From positions 1 to 37,665 of IMG/VR virus record IMGVR_UViG_3300034375_010233: a DNA stretch of 37,665 nt; one strand, 5' to 3'. Positions within the stretch are counted from its first letter, which is position 1. Each line of letters opens with the position of its first letter. The translations under genes were made by a program, and so were the position numbers. Under the pieces are notes generated by a model that worked only from the letters and a program-made list of their open reading frames with translations, was not told the origin of the DNA and did not search any database. Positions 18,822 through 27,195 of this stretch are shown piece after piece. The DNA is from a virus. Its lineage: Duplodnaviria > Caudoviricetes.

Positions 18822-19495
18822 CCCGCGATGTCCTTTCGACAGACCCAAGCTACCCCATTAACGGAGCGGGGCCTTACGAGTACCTGAACCCGTACCGAGA
18901 AGGTGCTTTGCTTGTCCGCATCGAGCGCGACGGGACCTTGGTCACGCTAGATGTCAGCGCCTATACGGTCGATCCGGTTTCTAGCGACGTAAGCGGTGGC
19001 ATCATCTTATCGGATGCGGCCGCCGCCCTGTACGATGGTGGGGATCTCTTTATTTCCAGGCGCACTGCCGTTGAGCAAGGTTGGAGCGGCATGTCGGCGC
19101 GCGAGGTAGGCCTGACGGCCCAGCTCGATTGGATGGTCGAAACGATCCAGGACAACGCCCGAGAAGTCAGTCGATCGCTAAGGTCTACCACTGCGATCGA
19201 TCCCGGTGTGTTTGCGCCCCGACGTGCCCTTATCTTTGATGAATTCGGCAGGTTGGTTCCCGGTCCCTTGGCCGATGAGATCGAGGAGGCTGGCAAGAAC
19301 GCCGGCATCGCGATCGACCAAGCGCAGATCGCAACCGAACAAGCCGAAATTGCCACCACTGCCGCGCTACCTGACACGCTGATGTTTTTCGTCCGCGAAG
19401 ATGAAACGTCGGCAACCTTCGTCACGGCGCAGCGGGCCATCATTTCCGACCCCGGCCCCGGCCCTTATCCGACAATCACAATAGAGGTGCCTTAA
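18818..19495 (+). CDS. Tail fibre/spike adaptor (T7 gp17 N-terminal-like anchor)
   Basis: YPINGAGPYEY...YTV...LFISRRTAVEQ...LDWMVETIQD pattern; GGAGG RBS. Confidence 0.7.
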   Translation: MTRDVLSTDPSYPINGAGPYEYLNPYREGALLVRIERDGTLVTLDVSAYTVDPVSSDVSGGIILSDAAAALYDGGDLFISRRTAVEQGWSGMSAREVGLTAQLDWMVETIQDNAREVSRSLRSTTAIDPGVFAPRRALIFDEFGRLVPGPLADEIEEAGKNAGIAIDQAQIATEQAEIATTAALPDTLMFFVREDETSATFVTAQRAIISDPGPGPYPTITIEVP

Positions 19496-19497
19496 TC

Positions 19498-22143
19498 ATG
19501 GCGACAGAACTTAATCTTTTGAAAGCAGAAGCCGTGCAGCAAATCGCTGATGATCTCGCAGCGCTGACCGCATCCGACCGCGCCCAAACTACAGCGGATC
19601 GCGTGGCAACGGGTGAGGACGTAGCTGCATCTGAGCTTCTTGTAGGCGAGGCAGAGGCCGCACGGGACGAAACATACATCGCACGGGACGCCGCCCTCGC
19701 TGGCGCGGAGGGGCTCTACACCTCGACGGCAAATGGCATCGCAGCCACCGACGACGTGGCGGTCCCGAGCGAGACGTTTATCGTGGCGGATAGCACGGGC
19801 TGGACTGTTTACGAAAATGACGGGGGCGTAGCGGTGTACGTCAGCGGACCCTTTGAGCCTATTTCGTCACTGGTCGGGATCGGGAAGAATTTGCACAATC
19901 CGGCGGGCATCCTTGCGGGCCGAACCGTTCACACAGATGGGCGTCTTTTGACATCATCCGTTACCCGCGTATCGGGGGCGGTGCCTGTAGTTCCCGGCGA
20001 GAAGTATACGATCAGCGGCGTCGGGCCTAACACTCTGCGCGTGGGTGCGTTCCCTACTGCCGCCGAAACCGTAGGGCTGCAAGGCGTCCTCCTTGGAACG
20101 ATTGCAGCGGGCGTCCCTGAACGCTCGGCAACCTTCACTATCCCTTCTGGGTATCCGTTCCTGCGGTTCGACGTTACCAGAACCGCGACGGACGATGATA
20201 GCTTTGATTTGTCGGCATCTGTTCGACGCGGCGAGAAAAAGACTGAATACCCGTACCAGCCCCAGATCAAGTCTGAGTTGATCGAAGAAGCCATTGAGGA
20301 TTGGACGCTGCGAAAAGACATTCTTTACGCGGCGTCGGAAAATATGTTCAACCCTGACGATTGCAATTTTATAGCCCGGTACTCAACCAGCTTGTTGGAG
20401 TTCACTGCCGATGAATTGGGGATTGCGGCGTCTAATTACATGCGGATTGAAGAAGGTGAAACCTACACCGTCAGCGCGGGTGAAGGTGGTGGCGTTGGCG
20501 GTTTGTGGCCCGCTGGTGATGGTGGAACTCTTGGGGCCATGCAAGCTGGCTACTTTGCGGAGAAAGGCGACAATAAAGCGATTGCGAACGTAACATTTAC
20601 GGGATCGGGTGTAGTCCGTCGCTTCACAGTGCCGGAAGGTCTAGGTGCCCGTTACATGGTGCTTTCCGTTTCAAAGGAAAACGACGACATCGCGTCAACC
20701 ACTCTTGCGGGGAATGTGCAAGTCGAGCGTGGAACGGTGGCAACTGCGTTCAAGGCGTACGACGCAACTGACAAGGTGATTCCCGAAGCGCTTCCAGACT
20801 ACCTATCGCGGGATAAGATCGCGGAGATTGACGACGCAAAGTCGGACGCGGCGCTTGCCCTTTCGACTGCCCTCTCGTCTACATCTTCTGTGGCACAGCA
20901 AGCGGCGATTGTCGGGCCTGTCACCTTGGCCGATTTCAACCATGTTATCCAAGTGGGGCAGTCCCTTGGTGTCGGTGCGGCGGGGCAACCTGCTTTGCAC
21001 ACTGTCGGTTGGGATAGCAATTATCTGACGTTTGCGGGGGGGCCAAAGTCTATCCCCGTGGCTGCGGGTGGTGACGCTGCCGATACCGCTTCTTTCGTCA
21101 CGTTGATTGAGGACAACAACAGCCCCGACATCGGGACGAACCGTGGCGAGACAGGGCTTTGGTCTGCGGGCCATGCTCTTGCGCAAGCTGTTGTCGCGGA
21201 AACAGGGTCTTACGGCGGTAAGGGCAAGTTCATTTTCACAGCCCCCGGCGAAGGCGGTCAGTCGATCAGCAACTTTGTCAAAAGCACCGACCCTGAAAGC
21301 TGGTGGCAGACAATGTTCTTGCCTTCTATTCGGGCGGCGAAAGCTATCGCGGACGCAGCCAGTGCGACCTACGCGGTGCCTGTTATTTTCTGGGTGCAGG
21401 GTGAAGCGAACCTTGGTTCCTCCGGGTATGCTGCCAGCCTTTCGCAGTTGTTCGATGATATGGCCGAAGCGGTACGGGCGGAGACTGGTCAGACGTTTGA
21501 CCCGCACTTTGTCAGCTACATCACAAGCTATGCTACGCTTTCGAACGACCCCACTACCTCCACGCGCGGCGGGACACTGGGACAGGCGGCGGTTATCCGT
21601 GCGCGGTCTGATGTCCACCTTGGTCCCGTGGTGTACGCATTGCCCCATGCAAGCGACGACATCCACCTGATTAACGAAGGGTACGCCATGATGGGCGCGG
21701 TCTTTGGGCAAGCGATTGCGGATATTTTGGCCCGCGACCTAGAACCTCGCCGCTTGGCTTTCCGTCATGCTTATGCGGGACAGGAAAAGACATCGGTCGA
21801 AGTCGTGTTTGACGTGACAGGCGGCGCTCTTATCCTCGACGGGGAGAGCATCGCGCAGGCGGAGAACTACGGCTTTGCGGTGCTGGATGACACGGGCGAA
21901 CCAGCCATTACCTCCATCGAAGTGAACGGCAACCGGATTACGCTGAACCTTGACCGCGCCTTGGGGGTAAATCCTTCGGTTCGGTACGCGGTTGATGACC
22001 ACCCTGCCGGATCGTTAGCGGGTCCAAGCGTGGGCGTGGGTAACCTGCGCCTGTCAGGATCGTTTAACGTCTCTGACGTGGACGCGGACGCCTACTTGTG
22101 GTGCCCGCATTTCATGGAGCCTGTAGTGGTTCCGGCTGGGTAA
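19498..22143 (+). CDS. Receptor-binding tailspike with an SGNH (sialate O-acetylesterase-like) domain
   Basis: GQS (~20956), WVQGEAN (~21391), DIH (~21658) catalytic blocks; two N-terminal NLxNP...PGEKYTIS / NMFNP...EGETYTVS repeats. Confidence 0.8.
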   Translation: MATELNLLKAEAVQQIADDLAALTASDRAQTTADRVATGEDVAASELLVGEAEAARDETYIARDAALAGAEGLYTSTANGIAATDDVAVPSETFIVADSTGWTVYENDGGVAVYVSGPFEPISSLVGIGKNLHNPAGILAGRTVHTDGRLLTSSVTRVSGAVPVVPGEKYTISGVGPNTLRVGAFPTAAETVGLQGVLLGTIAAGVPERSATFTIPSGYPFLRFDVTRTATDDDSFDLSASVRRGEKKTEYPYQPQIKSELIEEAIEDWTLRKDILYAASENMFNPDDCNFIARYSTSLLEFTADELGIAASNYMRIEEGETYTVSAGEGGGVGGLWPAGDGGTLGAMQAGYFAEKGDNKAIANVTFTGSGVVRRFTVPEGLGARYMVLSVSKENDDIASTTLAGNVQVERGTVATAFKAYDATDKVIPEALPDYLSRDKIAEIDDAKSDAALALSTALSSTSSVAQQAAIVGPVTLADFNHVIQVGQSLGVGAAGQPALHTVGWDSNYLTFAGGPKSIPVAAGGDAADTASFVTLIEDNNSPDIGTNRGETGLWSAGHALAQAVVAETGSYGGKGKFIFTAPGEGGQSISNFVKSTDPESWWQTMFLPSIRAAKAIADAASATYAVPVIFWVQGEANLGSSGYAASLSQLFDDMAEAVRAETGQTFDPHFVSYITSYATLSNDPTTSTRGGTLGQAAVIRARSDVHLGPVVYALPHASDDIHLINEGYAMMGAVFGQAIADILARDLEPRRLAFRHAYAGQEKTSVEVVFDVTGGALILDGESIAQAENYGFAVLDDTGEPAITSIEVNGNRITLNLDRALGVNPSVRYAVDDHPAGSLAGPSVGVGNLRLSGSFNVSDVDADAYLWCPHFMEPVVVPAG

Positions 22144-22146
22144 CCC

Positions 22147-22365
22147 ATGAACGGCTTTGACCTTCCCAGCTTCCTAGAAGCCTATGGCCTGCCCGGTCTG
22201 ATTATCGTCGGGCTGGCTATCGTCGTGAAGGCGTTGTGGGCGCGGCTTAACGAGCAAGTCGACGCCCGCTTTGACGATCATAAAGCGCACACCTCCCAGA
22301 TGGCCGACAACACCAAAACGCTGGATGCTGCGCTGCGCTACATTGAAGGGAAAGGCCGTGATTAA
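22147..22365 (+). CDS. Putative holin (single TM)
   Basis: YGLPGLIIVGLAIVVKALW TM segment; first gene of the lysis cassette. Confidence 0.55.
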   Translation: MNGFDLPSFLEAYGLPGLIIVGLAIVVKALWARLNEQVDARFDDHKAHTSQMADNTKTLDAALRYIEGKGRD

Positions 22366-22606
22366 GAATTTGTTCAAGGCTTTTAAGCGCGCTTCCAATG
22401 CGATCAAAAATTTCAAGTCTCCCCAGAACGCCTTCAAGGCTTTGAAATCACCCAAGCGCCCGACCCGAGAACAGGTTGACGCAGTACAGGCCCGCGAGGT
22501 TGCCGAGGCATCCAGACAGCGCCTTGCCAATGCCATCGAAGAACGCACCGGACAGGTCAACAGTCTGGTGATCGGAGTTTTACCAAAGCGAGGCCAAGAG
22601 CAATGA
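22358..22606 (+). CDS. Basic amphipathic lysis-cassette protein
   Basis: GTG at 22358 after GAAGGGAAAGG; overlaps both neighbours. Confidence 0.55.
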   Translation: MIKNLFKAFKRASNAIKNFKSPQNAFKALKSPKRPTREQVDAVQAREVAEASRQRLANAIEERTGQVNSLVIGVLPKRGQEQ

Positions 22607-23004
22607 CGATCCTTATTTTTATTCATAGTGCCTTGGCCGTTGCTGCGGTGGCGCTGATGCTGTTGGTGACTATCGGCTTTGCGCCGCACCTGCGGTTTCG
22701 TGGGCATGACGCAAACAGCCTTATGAGCGCCTTTGTCGCGCTGACCAGCGGGCTTGTCTGGGTGCGCCTCCTTTGGTGGTCGATCCTGCGGCCGTTGTTT
22801 GGCAGCGCAGGCATCATGGAACCCGGCGTATTCACCCTATCAGGCCAGACCGTCAACGCGGTCTTTGCCTTTTGGTCCGTCGTCGCAGCTCTGGCCGCGC
22901 TTGGGGCCCTGCATCGCAGCCTGCCGCTTGATCAACAACATCACTACAACTGGCTTACCGCGCCCTTCTTCCCGCGCCGTGGGCCCTGCCTTTGGAGAGT
23001 ATGA
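22603..23004 (+). CDS. Three-TM membrane protein (holin/antiholin candidate)
   Basis: Three hydrophobic segments; ATGA overlaps at both ends. Confidence 0.6.
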   Translation: MTILIFIHSALAVAAVALMLLVTIGFAPHLRFRGHDANSLMSAFVALTSGLVWVRLLWWSILRPLFGSAGIMEPGVFTLSGQTVNAVFAFWSVVAALAALGALHRSLPLDQQHHYNWLTAPFFPRRGPCLWRV

Positions 23005-23393
23005 AGATGGGAAACCTGAGCAAGAACTTTAGCCTGCACGAATTTCGCTGCAACTGTCACTGGAAGGCACCGCACCTGCCACGGTGCGAACAGATCCCGC
23101 CCCCGAAGGAGCTGGTCGACGCTCTCCAGGACGTGCGGGATCACTTTGGTAAGCCGGTTACGGTCCATTCCGGCCATCGCTGCCCGCCCTATAACGCCTA
23201 TGTTGGTGGGGCATCTGCATCGCAACACATGAAGGCCACCGCGGGGGATTTCACCGTCGAGGGTGTATCGCCCAACACGGTCCAGGAATACCTGCTCAAG
23301 CGGTATGCCGACACCAAGGGCATCGGCCGGTACAACACCTTCACCCACATCGATGTGCGTGGGCACAAGGCGCGTTGGGATAACCGCCGATGA
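23001..23393 (+). CDS. Endolysin, peptidase M15 family
   Basis: LSKNFSLHEFRC, SGHRCPPYN..VGGASASQH..ATAGD, FTHIDVRG zinc-peptidase motifs; start 23001 or 23007. Confidence 0.9.
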   Translation: MKMGNLSKNFSLHEFRCNCHWKAPHLPRCEQIPPPKELVDALQDVRDHFGKPVTVHSGHRCPPYNAYVGGASASQHMKATAGDFTVEGVSPNTVQEYLLKRYADTKGIGRYNTFTHIDVRGHKARWDNRR

Positions 23394-23452
23394 TCTGGCT
23401 GGCCCTCATACTGGCGGTTCTGTCTGCCCTGCTGATCTGGTGGCTGACATGA
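23390..23452 (+). CDS. 20-aa hydrophobic micropeptide MIWLALILAVLSALLIWWLT
   Basis: Fills the gap exactly, with ATGA overlaps at both ends. Confidence 0.6.
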   Translation: MIWLALILAVLSALLIWWLT

Positions 23453-23790
23453 GTGCAATCGGATCAAAACTCCGGCGTCTTGAAGGCGGTAGGGTCGCGT
23501 TCAAATGCCCCGGCTGCAATCAGGCACATCACGTTACGGTTGACGGATCGCGCGGGTGGACTTTCAACGGCGATGGTGACCGGCCCACGTTCACGCCATC
23601 CGTTTTGGTGAGGGGAACCGTGCCCATCACCGACGAAGAGCACGCGACGATCATGTCGGGCGGCAAGGTTAGCCCTGTTCCGTTTGTATGCCATTCATTC
23701 GTCACTGACGGTCGCATCCGCTTTCTAAGCGACTGCACTCACGCGCTGGCGGGGCAAACAGTGGATTTGCCCGACTGGAAAAGCCAATGA
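23449..23790 (+). CDS. DUF6527-like Cys/His metal-binding protein
   Basis: FKCPGCNQAH...WTFNGD.DRPTFTPSV...CHSFVTDGRIRFLSDCTH. Confidence 0.7.
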   Translation: MSAIGSKLRRLEGGRVAFKCPGCNQAHHVTVDGSRGWTFNGDGDRPTFTPSVLVRGTVPITDEEHATIMSGGKVSPVPFVCHSFVTDGRIRFLSDCTHALAGQTVDLPDWKSQ

Positions 23791-24101
23791 TGCGCTATTT
23801 GGCCGTAATTGCGCTGCTGGCGTGTCTCGGGCTGGCAGGGGCCTTGTGGTGGCAGTCAGGCACCGTCGATGACCTGACCGTCGAGAACGCCCGCCTTAGC
23901 CGGTCCCTCACAGCCCTTACCGAACAGGCGGAACAATCGGCCCTGGCGCGTGAGGTGGAGCGTGCCCGTGCCGACCGCTTCGCCGCCCGCAACGCCACCC
24001 TTACCGAAGCCGTTGAACAGATCCTGATAGGAGGGATACCCGATGCGATGCTTGATCCTGATCTTGCCGCTCTCATTAATGGGCTGCGAACCGAAGATTG
24101 A
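23787..24101 (+). CDS. Inner-membrane spanin (Rz-like)
   Basis: N-terminal TM followed by a coiled coil. Confidence 0.8.
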   Translation: MMRYLAVIALLACLGLAGALWWQSGTVDDLTVENARLSRSLTALTEQAEQSALAREVERARADRFAARNATLTEAVEQILIGGIPDAMLDPDLAALINGLRTED

Positions 24102-24276
24102 ATATGTCCCTATCAAACCGGACATCCCATCTGAAACCCTGACCCCGTGCCCCATCAGCAAGCGCAAGGTCCAGACGGTAAACGAGCTGGCCGCGTTGGC
24201 GACTGAGCACCTTCTGTCAGCCGAATGCGCCAACGGTAAGATCGAGGTCATCGCCAAGGTTCTCGGCCCACAATAA
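24043..24276 (+). CDS. Outer-membrane lipoprotein spanin (Rz1-like)
   Basis: Signal peptide with lipobox LMGC, Pro-rich, overlaps the i-spanin 3' end. Confidence 0.85.
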   Translation: MRCLILILPLSLMGCEPKIEYVPIKPDIPSETLTPCPISKRKVQTVNELAALATEHLLSAECANGKIEVIAKVLGPQ

Positions 24277-24410
24277 GCAAAGCCCCGGTTCTCATTCGAA
24301 ATATCCAAGTGTCCGAACAAGAATTCAATATCTGCAAGCTACTGAAAGTATTCAGTAAAATTTATCACGTTGTTTTGCGTAAGTAACTGAATTTGCTTAG
24401 TTTATAGATA

Positions 24411-24456
24411 ATTTGTAATCAGTAGGTCCGCGGTTCGAGTCCGTGTGGGGGCACCA
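24411..24456 (+). other. attP: attP common core: 3' half of tRNA-Thr(TGT)
   Basis: ATTTGTAATCAGTAGGTCCGCGGTTCGAGTCCGTGTGGGGGCACCA contains the anticodon loop TTTGTAA, T-arm GGTTCGAGTCC and CCA end. The 5' half is absent. Lies in an AT-rich gap between convergent operons near the integrase. Confidence 0.9.
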
Positions 24457-24499
24457 CTTCTTCCTTAAAATTCAGTCGATTATAAGTTTGGCTAATTTA

Positions 24500-24534
24500 G
24501 TCCGTCCGACTGTCCGACAGCGTCCAATTCGGAC
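24500..24534. promoter_or_regulatory. Putative integrase arm-type sites (GTCCGAC repeats)
   Basis: GTCCGAC at 24504 and 24512, GTCCAA at 24522, inverted TCGGAC at 24529; GTCCGA also left of the core at 24311. Confidence 0.6.
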
Positions 24535-24546
24535 GGTGCGCTTCCT

Positions 24547-24786
24547 TCAAAATCGCCACACAAATTCTCGACGGCATTTTCCACACATTCGGTTGTGGGG
24601 TCCTTCAGAAATAAATGCGTTTAGACAGGTCATGCAGTCTCGTTTCTGCAGCTGCTCTTCGCGTTGCGCACGCGTGATCAGCTGCTCGGCTTGTTCAGGG
24701 TTGCGGTAAGATCTTCCGAATGGCTGTCCATTCTTCCTAGCCTGCCAGCTCTGCCCGGACCCTACCACATCGAAGCGTACTGTCAT
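24547..24786 (-). CDS. Small zinc-finger protein
   Basis: RDCMTC..AFISEGPHNRMCGKC. Confidence 0.7.
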   Translation of the reverse strand: MTVRFDVVGSGQSWQARKNGQPFGRSYRNPEQAEQLITRAQREEQLQKRDCMTCLNAFISEGPHNRMCGKCRREFVWRF

Positions 24787-25013
24787 CTTGGTACCTCATT
24801 CAATATCTGCCGTTGAAAGCGGTCGAGTTCGGGCACTAGCTTTGGGTCGCCTTGTTCAAAGTGTCGCGCATCTAAACCGCCGCTTGATGCAAACTGTTCT
24901 GCACTGGTGCGTGTGCCGGCGCGCTGGCCATACGTTGCAACCGCGACCGGTGATCCATCTTTATCGTAGCCGATGAACGTGCCGCTTGAATGGCTCATGA
25001 ACTTGTTGGTCAT
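24783..25013 (-). CDS. Hypothetical protein (76 aa, MTNKFMSH...)
   Basis: ATG overlaps the int stop (ATGA), AAGGA upstream; ATGA overlap downstream. Confidence 0.6.
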   Translation of the reverse strand: MTNKFMSHSSGTFIGYDKDGSPVAVATYGQRAGTRTSAEQFASSGGLDARHFEQGDPKLVPELDRFQRQILNEVPR

Positions 25014-26176
25014 GCTTTCTTCCTTGATTGCTCTGTCGGCCGCTGGATTGATGCCACCGCGCGTGCGGCCGTGTGGTATGAAGGTGGCATGTAGGTTTCG
25101 CCAAGCTGCGGATCCATCGCGGCCGAGTTGCCCAGGACATCGCCCACGTCTTCGCGTGAGCCACCGCCAGCGCGCGCCCACACACCGAAAGTACGGCGCA
25201 GATCGCGAAACTGCAGCGAAGTGATAGCTGGCGTTGTTTTGGCCGCTCGAGCCCGGATCGCGGCCCAACGTTTGCGAAACAGATCGCCGGAGTAGGGCGC
25301 ACCAGTGGCTTCATCTACCAGCAGGCAGATTTGGCCCTCCCGGGCGTCGGCCAACTGCATCTTCAGGTAAGGCTGCGCTTCTGGATGGATCGGCATGACG
25401 CCGTAATTGTCCCGTTTGGATCTGATCAGTTCCCAGACAAGAACAGGCTGATCGCTGTCCGGCAATTGGACGGTGCGAAAGCTGTCGATCGCCGCGGTAA
25501 TAAGATCGGTCTGTCGCTGGGCCTGAAGGGTAGCAAGCGCGATCGCGCAGGCCATTGCGTTAAACCCCAGCTCTTTCGCGGCATTCATCAAGGCGTCGTA
25601 TTCTGCCCAAGTCGCCGAACGGTGACGCTTGCGAACCGATTTCATCTTAAGCTTGAAGCAGGGGTTGGCATTTTCTTGGCGCCAGCCGCGCACTTCAGCG
25701 TGGCTCATAAGGATGGAGAACATTCTGATCAGGGCTTGCGCCTGAGCCGGCCCCGACCCTTTGTACAAGCTTTCGTACCAGGTGCGCATGATCGGTTTGG
25801 TGAAGTCTCCCACGTTGTGTTCACCCCACTTCAGGTCGATCGCGTTGAGATTGATGTTATAGCTGCGTTTGGTGCTTATGGTCATTTCTGTGAAGGCGAC
25901 GGACTTCCGGTAATCGTGGATCAAGGCCGATACCGTTCGTCCCCCTGTGCTTCGTGGCGGCGACGTGTCACCGCGGCGCTTGCGATCGACATCATCGTTC
26001 ATCCGCTTGGCCTCGCGCACGGACCAGGTCGCGCGATCGGCATTGAGCTCGATCGCCTCGAAACCTAAATTTCGGGCGGAGTTATTGGGCTCCCACCACA
26101 CCCGCCAAGACCCATCGGCGCGACGGCGTTGTCGCAAGCCTGTGATCTTATCCGATATAGGGGGGCGATTGGTCAT
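25010..26176 (-). CDS. int: Tyrosine integrase
   Basis: AQRQTDL (R1), RSKRD (K), FRDLRRT (HxxR variant), LGNS, ETY (Tyr); near attP. Confidence 0.9.
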   Translation of the reverse strand: MTNRPPISDKITGLRQRRRADGSWRVWWEPNNSARNLGFEAIELNADRATWSVREAKRMNDDVDRKRRGDTSPPRSTGGRTVSALIHDYRKSVAFTEMTISTKRSYNINLNAIDLKWGEHNVGDFTKPIMRTWYESLYKGSGPAQAQALIRMFSILMSHAEVRGWRQENANPCFKLKMKSVRKRHRSATWAEYDALMNAAKELGFNAMACAIALATLQAQRQTDLITAAIDSFRTVQLPDSDQPVLVWELIRSKRDNYGVMPIHPEAQPYLKMQLADAREGQICLLVDEATGAPYSGDLFRKRWAAIRARAAKTTPAITSLQFRDLRRTFGVWARAGGGSREDVGDVLGNSAAMDPQLGETYMPPSYHTAARAVASIQRPTEQSRKKA

Positions 26177-26424
26177 ACGCTTCGCGCCATTTCAAGCATG
26201 ATCACGTTCGATCCGGTTGGTGCTGGGGTTGTCACAGCTGCGCGCCCTTGCAGTTCCACCCAAGCCTTCACGGCGTCTGAGCGCCATTTCAGCGGGCGAA
26301 GACACGTCGGCATGGGAAGCGGAAAATCGTTCTCATCCTCCAGACGCGATCTTGCGGCTAGAAACGCCGTCGCATTGCTGAAGCCGGTCAGTTCGGCGAC
26401 CTTATCTGCGGTGATAAAGCTCAC
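26173..26424 (-). CDS. xis: Excisionase / AlpA-like recombination directionality factor
   Basis: FITADKVAELTGF...FPLP...LKWRSDAVKAW winged HTH; GGAAAGGA RBS; overlaps the int start. Confidence 0.75.
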   Translation of the reverse strand: MSFITADKVAELTGFSNATAFLAARSRLEDENDFPLPMPTCLRPLKWRSDAVKAWVELQGRAAVTTPAPTGSNVIMLEMARSV

Positions 26425-26471
26425 TGGTCGATCCTTTCCTTTTTTTTGGGGGGGGGGGCTAGCTGGACCGC

Positions 26472-26654
26472 TCAGCGGCGAGCAATGGCGATGCGGTCTT
26501 CAGCAATCTTGTCTAGCATTGCAGCAGCGCGGCGCAGTCGGTCTGCGGCTGTGCTGGGTGCGCCGTCTTCGATATAGGTTCCGGCTAACTGCACCATGTC
26601 AAAAACCTCATCCACAGTTGGGCGGGCTCGTTCTTCGAGTGGTTGACTGGTCAT
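26472..26654 (-). CDS. Hypothetical protein (60 aa, MTSQPLEE...)
   Basis: AAAGGA RBS; YIEDGAPSTAA motif. Confidence 0.6.
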   Translation of the reverse strand: MTSQPLEERARPTVDEVFDMVQLAGTYIEDGAPSTAADRLRRAAAMLDKIAEDRIAIARR

Positions 26655-26673
26655 CGGTTTTCCTTTCGGGGGG

Positions 26674-26910
26674 TTACGCAGTCTTAGAAGCGAAAAGCAT
26701 GATGCGTTCTTCGACGTGCGGGACAGTGCCTTCGTTGAACATCTGCACTGCCTTCTTTGGGTCTCGATCCATGGCAACCAACAGCAAGGTGGCGATAGTG
26801 TGATCAAGCGTAATTAAAACCTGCGCTCGATCCTTAACCGGGTCGCGTCCGTCGAGGATCAGTTTCGCGGCCTCAGTCGCTAGCTTGCTGTCGCGGGATA
26901 GTTTTCTCAC
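26674..26910 (-). CDS. Hypothetical early protein
   Basis: AAAGGA RBS, GTGA overlap. Confidence 0.65.
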   Translation of the reverse strand: MRKLSRDSKLATEAAKLILDGRDPVKDRAQVLITLDHTIATLLLVAMDRDPKKAVQMFNEGTVPHVEERIMLFASKTA

Positions 26911-27095
26911 TGGTCAATCCTTTCTTGGACCTTGCCCCAGCGGGCAATCGAAACGGTGAAGTCGTCTTGTGTGTCAGGCTGATCGAACGTCTTGGTGTTA
27001 CGTAAGGCGGCAATTTGCGCCACGACCACAGACGCTAGAACGACAGCGATCGGCACAATGATTGTGATGACCACCGTAGTGACGAGAAAGCTCAT
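26907..27095 (-). CDS. Small single-TM protein (MSFLVTTVV...)
   Basis: Long hydrophobic N-terminus; overlaps the next gene. Confidence 0.5.
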   Translation of the reverse strand: MSFLVTTVVITIIVPIAVVLASVVVAQIAALRNTKTFDQPDTQDDFTVSIARWGKVQERIDQ

Positions 27096-27195
27096 GATGA
27101 TGCCCGTTTGATTGCCCGACAGTGTCGCCTGCCTGTCGGGTGTTGATGTGACGGGGGCGGTCGAGCAGACCCGCGGGCGACCCCCGGCAGGAAAC

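Noticed and set aside
19498-24300. BPP-1-type diversity-generating retroelement
   Set aside because: Despite BPP-1-like structural genes, I found no reverse transcriptase ORF and no TR/VR repeat pair near the tailspike.
24411-24456. Functional tRNA-Thr gene
   Set aside because: The 5' acceptor strand, D-arm and 5' anticodon stem are absent; it is an att core.
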